A stretch of 64,000 nucleotides of DNA from Epiperipatus broadwayi (lineage: Eukaryota > Animalia > Onychophora). The stretch covers positions 30,442,001 through 30,506,000 of the forward strand of contig JAQFVV010000001.1 of NCBI GenBank assembly GCA_028023455.1, in the 5' to 3' direction. The position numbers and the translations under genes were made by a program. The number at the start of each line of letters is the position of its first letter. Within the stretch, counting starts at the first letter, position 1. The notes under the pieces are model-generated. The model had not been told where the DNA came from. It was given only the letters and a program-made list of their open reading frames with translations, and made no database searches. Below are positions 52,331-64,000 of this stretch, piece by piece.

Positions 52331-55300
52331 TTTTTTTTTACTTTCATCATATTCAATCCAAAATTTAACTTTTCTATACATAATAATATTAATAGTAACC
52401 TATTTTTCAAAAATGTTTTTTTGCCATCTTTATTTACATCTTAATTTCACGATTGTATAAGAATAAATTTGTAATTGAAATTAAATCATAAAATAATTAT
52501 ATTGGAGAGATAGATAAAACAGTAAATGTGAGTCTTACAAGATTTAATGTTTTTTTTTCCTAATATAAAAAGTAAATAATAATTTTGAGAAAAGAATAGT
52601 TGTGAATTAATTTAAAAGTGTATAAGTTATTCATATAGCTGTGAGATCCACAGGAGACTGATGATATTGAAATAAAGATTGACTGAGTAACCAATCAAAC
52701 AATGGCTAACTAAGAGTTTGCTTTCTTTTAAGATGCAATGATGGTAAATTATATGCTAAATATTGTTTCTGATACAAATAGTGTTTTGCCTTCTCTGGGT
52801 ATTTTTTCATCATTCTCATCATTTTTTGCCTTAATCATCTTTAGCTATTTAGCTTAATGTTAAAATTTGACCATCAAGATTCATGCCATTATTATTCCTT
52901 GTGCTAAACTTGACAGTAGATTGTATTTTATATAATCACATTCCTATTTTTGTAATTATACTTAAAGTTTTGATTCCATTTTTTTTTATTTGTTTGCAAG
53001 CCTATTATATAAATATGTAACTATGTGTAGCTCTTGGTATTGAGAAAGAGAATAGATTTAACAGACTTATTGTACTTTTTCATGATGCAGTATAATCAAT
53101 AATGAATCACTTTAGAACTGGATTTGGGGTAAGCGTTTCAATCATGAAATGATTGTATATTAGTCAGTTCTTGTTACATATTTCTCCAGTTTCTACAAAT
53201 ACGGAAGGATCTAGAAAAGTTATTTTAAAATGTTCTTGCCTTAAAATCTAGCTAGAGCTTTGTTTCTGATGAATTGCTAATTTAAGCGATAGAAATAATA
53301 AAAGAAAAATAGCAATAATATTATTACAGTTAATAAAATAATGAAGGCAGTTAAGAAACCAGACATTGATTTTTTACAAAGGTTCATCAAATATTACTGA
53401 AGCACTTGAATGAATCCAATCATTTACAATGTTCAGATTCTATTACCAAAAGATTTTTTTTGTATGTATGTTAATGCTCTTTTTTAAGGCAAATTGAAGT
53501 ACTTACGCAATGAAGTTTTATGATCAGTCCACCTTCTTACACTTTTTGCTCTAATGTCACCCATTTAAAATTACATAATAATTTTAAATAATGTCTAATG
53601 TTCATAACATTAACATGTATATAATTTTTTTTGTAATATGTATATTATTTTGAATTGTTAATAAAATGTATAAGAAAGTTAATGAATTGATAGGATTTTA
53701 TGATAGAAAAAAATATCTATATATTTTTTTGGAGAGCAGAAATACATTTTTTAAAATGTTATCTTCTGTTTTCTATGACATTTCCAAATTATTAGAAAAT
53801 ATTCTACTGTTCAAAGATCAACTGAGAAAAAAAAATTGGTAAATTAATTTTGATTGTATTTATTTTGCCCATAGATATTGTACTTGAAAAAATAAAGTTT
53901 ATTACTGAAATTAAATTGAATATCTAGAAATGAACGACAGAATAAAAATAGTTTAATATATGATTGGTAAATTCAATTCTTATTTAAATGGAAATGTCTA
54001 TTTTAAAAAAAAAAAAGCAGTTAATCTTTTTTATACAAAACAACATTTGAGTATGAAAATATAGTGACATAAACAAATAATTGAATTTACAAAATAAATG
54101 ATGAAAATAATAAGATCTGTATTAAATGAATGTTAAAGAAAAATTGTATTGATATAAAACAAGAATATAATTGATTGATGATTGCAATATTTGATTAATT
54201 ATCAAGCAATAAAAACTTTCTATTTAGAATAGTTTAGAGGAATTAAGGTTGTTTGCTGAATTGTTATGAAATATCATATTTTTTTATAGAAATTTTAGTG
54301 AAATATTTAAGAAAGTATTATTTTGTAATGGGTAAAATATTTTCATAGTTATTTTATTGATAAAAGAATATCTTTTTATTTTTATTAGTACATACAATTT
54401 TGTTTTGTTTTTTATTACCATTTTCGTGTAAATTGCATTGTTCTCTTCTTAAACTTGAGAATAATATTTATATACGCTTATCTCATTATGTCAAATCTTT
54501 CTGTCAATGAAAACTTTTCAACTGGAGTCAAAACTGCAAAAAATAAGATACAATTACAAGACCAAATTTTTTTTTTTTTTTCTGCAATTAATGTTATATT
54601 TTGAGAACTTTTCCACTATAAAAAATAGTGTTTTTTTAATCAATATCTTAGTTATATAAAGAGGAATAATTAAATGTTTTTGTTTTGCTATTCTATTTAA
54701 ATTTTATAAAAAATATACAAACTAATATTTTGAAAAATTGTTGGTTCTCATACAAATAGTAACAATCAAATAAGATTATAATGATGTTTCTATTGTAGAT
54801 AATATTTAACTGTGTCAGATTGTCATATCAATATTTTTTGATTAATGTTAATTTCGATTTTAAAAAATGACTATATTTGTCACTGTTAATAAATATCATC
54901 TAACAAATGATTAAACTATTTCAATTTTTTTTTAACATCGCAAAGACCATCTATTAATTGTTTTATCACTTTTGTGAATATGAATTAGATTTACATATGG
55001 AATTAGTTTTTTATTAATGATGAGAGGAGGGTGTGTAATTTAAAAAATGCTTTGCGTCTTAGTAATATATATTTTTTCTTATTATTTATGATCAATAAAT
55101 AAATTTCGAAAAAACATATAATAAAAACACAAACATGTTGTTATTCTCTGTTTTGGTGTTGTAACTCCCACTTAATGATATAAATTCTTTATGGGGAAAA
55201 AAAAAACATTTAATTTTGTTGATCAGGAATCTAAGATGAAAATGTTTGTTTTAGAAATTATGTTCTTAATGTTGTCCACAGCTTCCAAAAAATAAAAAAT

Positions 55301-55764
55301 AATGATATTCTACAATATTATTAATAAACTTTTTAATTGCAGATAAAAATTATGGACTGATTGCAGTGAGATTATTATCCAGATAAATATTGTAATAAAT
55401 AATGTATTGTTAATTTAATCTTATTTAAATATCAAAAATATTTACAATAAAAAAATTATGGTCATTTTTTAAAAGTAAAATGAATTTTGTCAATTATTAA
55501 CCAAGAACAAAAATATTGTACTTATAAACGATAAACAAAAGACTAATTTAATTCATTTTTAATGACAAATTACTACAGTGGGCTCTTCATCATTTATATA
55601 TGAATTATTTTTCATTTCTTTCATCTGCATTATTTGTACCAAAATCCGCACTATAGAAATACATATTTTTTTATTATGCTATCATTTTTTATGCTGTCAC
55701 TTTTTTACATCTATTATTGAAAAACCTCAATCTTTTACATGGTCTTTTGGAACAACATCTCACT

Positions 55765-55771
55765 ATGTATG

Positions 55772-55840
<69 letters not shown>
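55765..55840. repeat. Interrupted (TA)n microsatellite
   Basis: Read directly. Confidence 0.95.
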
Positions 55841-55842
<2 letters not shown>

Positions 55843-56122
55843 ATGTGCACATAATATAAATAGTTGTCATTATTAAATAATGTTTAGATAATTAGGTTTT
55901 TTACAAATTCTAATTACAGATACAGTGGAATTACTATATCCATTATATTTTGTTACAAACCTGACTAACATATGTCATGTATAACAGACAATAGCTTATA
56001 ATACAATTCATATTGTTTACATACTGTAGTTGTACAATAACTTTTTAATACATGTGTATACTTATATATATCATTTTTCATTAAATATATGACCATAATG
56101 TTGTTAAAATAAATTATAAACT

Positions 56123-56176
56123 TTTAATTAATCGAATTATAAATAAATCAATTTATTTATAATTCGATTGATTAAA
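56123..56176. repeat. Near-perfect palindrome
   Basis: AATCGAATTATAAATAAAT-CA-ATTTATTTATAATTCGATT: a perfect 19-bp stem (56130-56169), extendable to 26 bp with one mismatch. Confidence 0.9.
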
Positions 56177-58439
56177 CATTTAGATATATATATAACAAAC
56201 ACTTATTACATTTATAATACACATATACAAATTAAGATTACAATATAAACAAAATTTTTTAAAAATAATGTAGTTATTAATAATAAATGAGAGAGATTTA
56301 CAGTTAATTCATTCATTAACATTTACTTTAAAAAGTATAATATATCATGTCTATTTTTTAAATAAAATAGACAACAACATGTCATTGTCTTTTTGAAGAT
56401 TTTGAGCACTTTGATATTATACAATAATATCAAAAGAAACATTTTACCAGTTCTTATCTTTTATCTACAAATCCAATGTTTCACCAAGAATTTATTTTTT
56501 AATATGATTGATTACAACTTTCGCCATGTCAGGAGCACAAACAACCATGGTATGTTTTTTTTCTCTTGTAAATGAATAGCTCAGATTCATTTTTTTTTTT
56601 TATTACAAGTAACTTTCATTTTATGACATATTAAGGAATGTATTTTACAAATTCTCTTACATTTCAATAGAAAATATTTATCAAACTTTTGAAAGAGAAA
56701 AAAAGGCAAAAAATAATGTCTCAACTTTTTATGTAAATTAAAACATTAATAAACAAAATTGTGTTTAATTTAGTAAGAATGCTGCAAGACAAAAAAATAA
56801 GTGCTATCATTTACTAAATTTATGAATTTTATTGTTTTCATTTATTGTTCATTTCTGTTTTTCTTTTTTACATTTTTTTTTTTTTTGTTGATAGCTTATA
56901 ATTGAAGTAGTGTGTGTTGCTGTAGCACATATTATGCTTCATTGTAGTAAATTAAAATTTATTTAAAATAATTTACATTTTTTCAAAAATATTTTTAAAA
57001 TTTTGTTATTGACAAATTTTCTTTCAAATTTCTTTTATATATAAAGTTTGTTGATAAGAGTAAAATGTTAATTGAAATTTACTCAGAACAAACTCAGAAA
57101 TTGTCCCAACCAACAACTTTTTTTTTTCAAAGTAGTTTTAATCTGTTCTGAATCTAACTCCTCCCTTCTTATGTAAAAAGACTCTAACAAGAATTTCTTT
57201 CATATTTGAACCTTTGCAAATGTAAATTTTCAAGCAACAGACATTCTAAAATTTAATATTTGAACTTTGTAAAATAGGAAAATACTAAATAGTGTTTATA
57301 ATTATAATATTGACCGTTGGCATTATTAGATGTATTTTATCTATTTATTATATTACTGTAATGAAATATTATATATTTCAATTCTATTTGTTAAATTTAA
57401 AAGAAATTTGAGACTAATTATTATTAAAGAAAGAAAAATGTATGTTAGAAATAAAAATTAAATATGTAGTTAATAAAAAAATTTTAAAAAAATGTCTTAC
57501 TATTATTAACAAAGCCCGTACTTGTTATCTAGTCAAAACTGCTTTTGCTTTGCCATAATAAACTTTTTATAACTTGTTTTTTTTTTTTTAAAAATAATAT
57601 TTAATTGTACCCATGTATAATTTGGGTTTAAAATAAGCATTTTACAAAAATATTTCATAAATAACCTTTAATATGAAAACAAATTCCTGAAAATTTTGAT
57701 TTTTCTTTTCAAAATTTAAAAAAATTAATTTCACCTGAGGTGAAATGCCCCACCAATCAGAAATTATCATTTCTTTTGAGGTCAAAAAGTAGCAAGTCTA
57801 ATATGTTTTATATGCAAATTATATATTATAATTTCCTAAAGTTCTGTTTGTAACAGGGATAGGTTCAAACTCTGTTTCACAAAAAGGAAATTCGTACACG
57901 CATATGTATATAGTTCTTATATTATTTATTCGCGTATATTTGGTTTTGTTTTTTTTTAAGTTGGTAGGGAAAAGGTTAAAATAAATATGAAGTAGGAAAA
58001 GGGGTGGTGATATTTGTGCTCTTGTATTTTATTGAAACATGAGTATATACATATATTTGCTACATGGATGGATGGATGAACGAAATTCAAAAAAAATGTA
58101 AATTTGATTTCAAAGATGAAAGCTAATGCAGTTCATTTTATAGAAAAAAGAGACTTTAAATGAAGAAAAAGTGCTAAAACTGTATAGATTACTATCTGAA
58201 GAATTAAAAAAAAAAACGAAGAAATAAAAGTTGAAAACTAATTACAGGTGGTCAATGGAATTTCCTAACATTGAAAAGACAAAAAGATGATAAAAACTTT
58301 TTGCTTTGTTTAAAGAGAAATCGAACCTCAAACCCCCCCCCCCGGTAATGGAGAAGAAAAGAATAAGAACTTTTTAGAAAAAAAAAAAAAAGGGGGGGGG
58401 AGTGGACAAAAAGAAAAATTCTAGGTACAAAATACAGAA

Positions 58440-58740
58440 AAAAGGTGACAGTTTGATGACATGGCTTAGAAGAAAATAATTCTCAACGTGTTATTAAATA
58501 TTAAAAATTTCGGAAAAGCAGCCAAGGCATTTGCCAGCTATGAACATGCGGGGGTAAAGGCCTAAGCGTGCTGGGCATTACATCCCATTCCTGAAGAGTC
58601 GTGCTGCTGTGAGGTGGAACAAGCGCCTATACTGGAAAGAAGCCTATCCTGAAATATTTCAACCGTGATCTACTCCAAAGAGAATCAATACCAAGTCGAG
58701 AAATTAATTGGATTGAACACATAAGAAGTTACCTATTTTT
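58440..58740 (+). mobile_element. RTE-like LINE C-terminal fragment
   Basis: FGKAAKAFAS, VVLL*GG and NWIEHIRS resemble RIxKAxxAF / VLLYGxE / WxDxIxN of RTE ORF2. Confidence 0.55.
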
Positions 58741-61723
58741 ATGCACCAGCCGAGCAAATTATTATCATTCCTTTTATATTTTTGTCATTATCCCTGGGGG
58801 AAAATACAGGAAATATAAACTTTATTGCATATCTCTTTTTCACTTCCAATATTACCGCATTCTCCATATTACAGTAATTAGAGACGTTTAGAAAATAATC
58901 AACTGATGAACTCTATTTGTAATTTTAAAATAATAATCTACATTTAAGTGGATTTGACATGACTATTTTTTGTCTTATAATTTTCTTTAGTCACTTATTA
59001 ATCTGCACAGTGTGTGTGTTTTATACATGAAATAAAAATATTTGAGCACAAATATTAGTATTTGTAATTTATAATTATGTCTAATATTAAAATTAACAGC
59101 AAGCTTATACATATCTGTGTTGCTTACTTATTTTGGATTGTCTGCAGAGTGTAGATAAGGTGGGGGTAAATTTAAATAAAATAGAAATGGTTAGTTTGAG
59201 TGAATACAGATTGATTTATTGTCATCCCTTATATATATATATATTCCCATGGTTCAATAACCACCTGCCCTGAGAGGCTAGCTAGTGGCAGAGTTTATTA
59301 ATTATCCCTTATTGTATAATTCTTATGAAAATAAGATTGGCACTTGGAGTCATAAAGTGATGTCCATAAATATGCTGGACGGGAAATATGATTGGATTTT
59401 ATAAATTGTTTGAAAGAAATATAAATTTCTATATTATCGAAATCCAGAAGATCAGATATCAGTTAAATAAAATATTATTAATACCAGAAGGTGATTTATT
59501 TGAATTTATGCATACGTTCGAAAGTATATGATATTTATTAAATAAGTAATTACGTTATAATTACATATATGTCTGTAGGGATATATATATAAGCGATAGA
59601 GAGAATTGATTATTCCCGCCACAATATGATTCTGACATTTTCAGATTTATTTTCAACTAATAACTTTAAAAGTGATTTCAGTAATAAAATAAAACTGTGC
59701 ATAGTAATTTAAAGTTATATATAGGCTTAAAATAATGTAGAAAACATACGGCATTCACAGTACTATTGTAACTCAAAACAGTAAATACTGTGTGGTATTG
59801 TTGTGATTATAATAGAACATGTTAAATTTCTCAAAATTGAATCTATTATAGACATATTAAAATTGCTCTAAATATCGATAAGTTTTAAATAAAATAAAAA
59901 GATTATTAGAAAATGAAAATATGTATCTTATTACTACACTTGACATTAATTGGTGAATTTTAAATATACAGTAATTGCTGCAATATGAAATGATATATAT
60001 ATAATTTAGAGTACATTAATAAATAAAGATAATAAATTAACACAAAATAACATCATTTGTCTTTTTCATAACATTAGCTGATATAACATTCATTTTTAAA
60101 TAATTAATTTAGTGTTTTAATCATCATCTTAGTTGTACTGCATTGAATTATGGTTAATTGAATATAAACAACTATAGTGTGCAAATTTATGCACACATTT
60201 TTATGAGTAATAGATGGGGAATATTTTGAAAATTTTCAGTGATTAATTTACATATTTTTCATGAGTAGTCATATTTTTTTATTATTTTTCTAATTCTATT
60301 GTTTATTTTCTTTGGTTCCTTGAAAAGTGATGAATTGAAAGTTTACTGTAAATCATAACAATGGCAATTCTAAAATTTATAATGTATCTAATATTATTGA
60401 AGCTTTCATTAAAATATTAATGATATGCAATAAAATAACCATAGAATCATAAATAAACTTCAAATATAAATTAAGTTATTAATTTTTGTAAATATATAAT
60501 TATTCAGGAGTTTAAAAGAAGTCTATTTATGATGTTTATTACTAATTATTCTAACTTAAGCTTTAGACTTATTACGACATGTAGCGTCTGAATTTATATT
60601 CTTATTTTTTTTTTTTTTTTATATGCGATCATGCATTATTTAATATCAGTAGTGATTTGCAGCCTTATCATCACTTAACAATTTGAATTGTAAAAAGTTA
60701 TGTTTTAAACTACATCTGGAGGATATTTATTTTATGTTAGCAAGATAAGTCTTCAGTATTGCACCATATAATATCTGAATTTTTATGCCCAATGACAGTG
60801 AGGCATTTGTTGAATTATTGTTGCTGCTAATTAATGAATTTTTACTATATATTATTTCCTAACTTCTAAACAGAATGTATGATATAAATAACATTTTTCT
60901 AGTATTATTCAAATAATTTTTACACATTATTTATTTTCTTATTCACTAACATTATTTAATATTTGTTTTTATGATTGTGATAACTTATGCTTGAGAACTT
61001 TATTGATATTTATATTTTGTTTATTAATTAATTAATGATTCTCTCTATAAATTTTATTTATATATAAACTTTTTTTAAAAAAATAAATAATAAATTTTAT
61101 TCTTTAATTAGTTATTAGTTAAGCAATTTATTTTTATATGAATAAATCTGTGAATAACAATTTTAAGCAGTAATCAATATTTCTGTATGATTAATGCATT
61201 TATGTCTTATCCCTTATATATTTTTACATTTTACAAACAACGTAAATAAATAATGTATTATGATTTATTTTTTTAATATCTTAATATTTAAGATATATTA
61301 AGCATTTATATTTTATAGGGTTCAATATTATCAAAAGTTTCAGTATCCACAAGAAGCATTTTTTAGCTAATAACAAACTATCACATATGTGTTTAATATA
61401 TTTATACACATACATACATGTGTCGCCATTAAGTCATTAACGAAAATAATGCAGCCCAACAAAAAAAAAATTGTGGTGTCTTAGTTTTTAGGTCTGTTTG
61501 TGAGGTTATTTGTGATGCTGATTCAGAAAATTGGATTGGATAGACTGCATCTGCTCTAGTTTCTTATATATGGTTGAATGTATAAAATTTTAGTTAGCTC
61601 TTTAAAAGATCTTTTCTGCAGAAGCTTTTTCATTTCAATGAGACATTTATGTACTTAAATTGCCAACATTATATATAATGACTTTTGTTTTATAATTATT
61701 CGTTTTTCTTTTCTTATAATGCA

Positions 61724-62787
61724 CACTGGCATAAAAATGTAATGCTTAAATAACAAAATTATTTCTTTTGTTCTATTTTATCATATAATTATGTACAACA
61801 AATTTAAATGGAAATTTTAATTTTTATAGATTACATAAATTTATATTTCAAAGATTTTTCGACTTGATCTGTTATAAAGAGTTATACATGATTTAAATTT
61901 TAACAGTTTTTTCAACTTGTTCTTTTGTTACCATATTTGAATTTTTGTGTAAAAGTTATAGTGAGATTGTTTAATATTTACCACTAATTTTTCATCCAAA
62001 ACATTGGTGTACAATAATTATGATTATCTAGGAAGTGTATTATATTCCCACTTATATTATTTCATTTTTGAAGATCAAACATTGTAATGGTTTTGGCTAC
62101 TTCAAGACCGAGCTGTTTGAATCATTCTGACATATCACTATATTTGTAAAGATTGCATGCTGAAAGCAAATACGAAACCTATTTTTGAGTTTGCATAAAA
62201 TGTATGTATAAGATATTTTAGTGTTAAACTTAAAGATCAAGCTAAGCCATGGGCTCCTCATATTATATACAAAACTTGTGTGGAGCATTTACACCAGTGA
62301 ACAAATGAAAAGATAAACTGTTTGAAATTTGGAGTTACCAATGGTTTGGAGGGAGCCAAAAATCCTCTTTGATGACTTTGTTATTTTTCTATTATTAATA
62401 TCATAGGCATCAAAATAATCATGACAAGCTCTTTCCAGAGAATCTTGTGACTTAAAGAGACAATGAACGATTTCACCAAGACATAAAAACAATTGAAACC
62501 ATATACCAGTTAGGGTAGAATGCACCCGTGATGGGAGACTGTTAATGGAATCTTATATTGGATTGTCCTGGCAGATCCCACTTTTGGGTGTCTTGAAAAG
62601 AGAACTTCTTAAATGTCATATTGATTGGTAAGTTTGTATCATAAACTTATCTTTTTAGTATCAACTAAGTAGATTTTCATGTAGTGCACTTTTTTTTTCA
62701 TTTTTAATATGTTTTCTTCATGCTTAAAAGATATTAATTTAAACACTACATTAAAATATCCTGATTTTTTTATGAGCTAACAGAGTG
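61724..62787 (+). mobile_element. Chapaev3-like DNA transposon, internal-deletion derivative
   Basis: 62094-62570 broken translation: SCLNHSD...VKLKDQAKPWAPHIIYKTCVEHL...KFGV.MVWREPK, joined directly to FPENL...EQ.ERFHQDIKTIE. Candidate ends CACTGG / CAGAGTG with GCA/ACA flanks are weak. The superfamily name comes from my recall of this protein family. Confidence 0.7.
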
Positions 62788-62799
62788 ACAAATGGTATA

Positions 62800-63050
62800 T
62801 TGTATACATTCTATAGCTCAGAAACTAACTGGGCAAATATACCAAGAAAGAGGTCTAATGTTTGAGGCATCAAAATGTATGTCGGCAGAGCAATTATTAG
62901 AAATAGAATAATGCACCACAAAAAAAGATAATTTAAAAATAAATTGAAATAGAGAGCAAAAATATGACTGAGTGTACAAGTCACAAAAATGACTTGATTT
63001 AGAGATGATTCTCCAGATGACAAATATATGAAATTAATGAATTTCTAAAA
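62800..63050 (+). mobile_element. LINE C-terminal remnant (RTE-like)
   Basis: YSSETNW resembles YGSETW, followed by a decayed coding-like tract. Confidence 0.4.
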
Positions 63051-64000
63051 AAATTTCACTTAATATTTTTTTCAAACCTTATCTGAGGAATCCATGGATA
63101 CAAGGTGACAACTGTACTTAAATATTGTGTCAATCAATAAATATACAAAATATAAAACTAAAATATATTAGAATTCAAATAAGTATGAATATTGTTGTTT
63201 TTAGATTCAACTATTTCTTATTCTATAATAATGATTTATTTTTATTAAGGAATCTATATTTTAGTTAAATTAGGTGATCTTGGATGAACTCTCCGTGAAG
63301 GTGAAAAATAATTTAATCTTCATTCGATTAATTCCTTGATCATCACCACAATCTTTTACAATCAATATGAGATTAAGATTCATATATATATTACTTCTAT
63401 GCAAAATCAAAATATAGCTTTTATATAAAACACAATTTGTCTTAAACAAATGAAATATTATGAAAGCTATTTAAAAGATTTTTTTTTTATGTTTGTGACT
63501 ACTTTGTGTTTTGTATCAGTTGTACAATTTTAGTGTTACAGTAACTGCCATTTTATTTTTAGCAAGTCATTAATCATATCTGACAGTTTTTTTAATGGTA
63601 TATCACTTAAAAAACATATTGAGAAATGATTCTAATTTAAACTCTCAGAAAAGATCAACCTTCCATTACATTTGCAATGAAAATGAGTATTTTTTTTTTT
63701 TGTTTAAGCAAATTGATTTTATTTTTACTACTTTCTAAAAATAATTCAGTAAAATGGTCAAACTTAACATTTTTTTTTTTTTTTTGCTGATATATTCAGA
63801 ATTTGTTCATGTGTGTGTGTATATGTATAGTCATATGTATGTAATATATAATCATTCATTATCACTTTATTGAACTAACTAGTCGGCATTTATTATTTAA
63901 TTATCTCGTGTAGTGAAAAATTATTTAAGAATTATATAAATATTCCGTTTGTTAACGTTCCTCTTTAAGCTATAATGATTTCAATTTCTATTCAGAATAT

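Noticed and set aside
53266-53300. CTGATGA-ATTGCT...AGCGAT-A-GAAA
   Set aside because: There is an extra base before GAAA, no convincing stem I or III, and no repeat context. Probably chance, though a covariance scan could revisit it.
55578-55859. 93-aa ORF with YI repeats
   Set aside because: Translation of the (TA)n microsatellite.
61312-61380. AG-preceded GFNIIK-like stretch as a further tankyrase exon
   Set aside because: The downstream translation does not match the tankyrase C-terminus, and the position is inconsistent with exon order.

Overview
AT-rich eukaryotic (animal, probably invertebrate) genomic DNA. The only host coding sequence I can recognise is two + strand exons of a tankyrase (TNKS/PARP5-type) catalytic domain (6245-6428 and 24083-24191). 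They are separated by a 17.65-kb intron. I found no upstream exon in 1-6244 and no downstream exon in 24192-64000, so the rest of the window is probably intron. It is filled with decayed mobile DNA. Three hAT elements have exact 8-bp target-site duplications (TSDs). There is a Merlin (IS1595-like) DNA transposon with TIRs, a Chapaev3-like deletion derivative, a mariner fragment, several RTE/APE-type LINE remnants and one LTR. A ~2.2-kb unclassified repeat is present twice; the uninterrupted copy shows the empty sites of the insertions nested in the other. The most unusual signal is three unrelated short repeat units (~270-500 bp; tandem, terminally redundant or fold-back). Each carries a decayed minimal type I hammerhead-ribozyme motif, which suggests Penelope pLTR or retrozyme-like elements. 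A 4.8-kb intronic block bounded by (TA)n tracts shows reversed strand composition. No rRNA, tRNA or CRISPR is supported. All alignments, folds and translations were done by eye; no database search was run.
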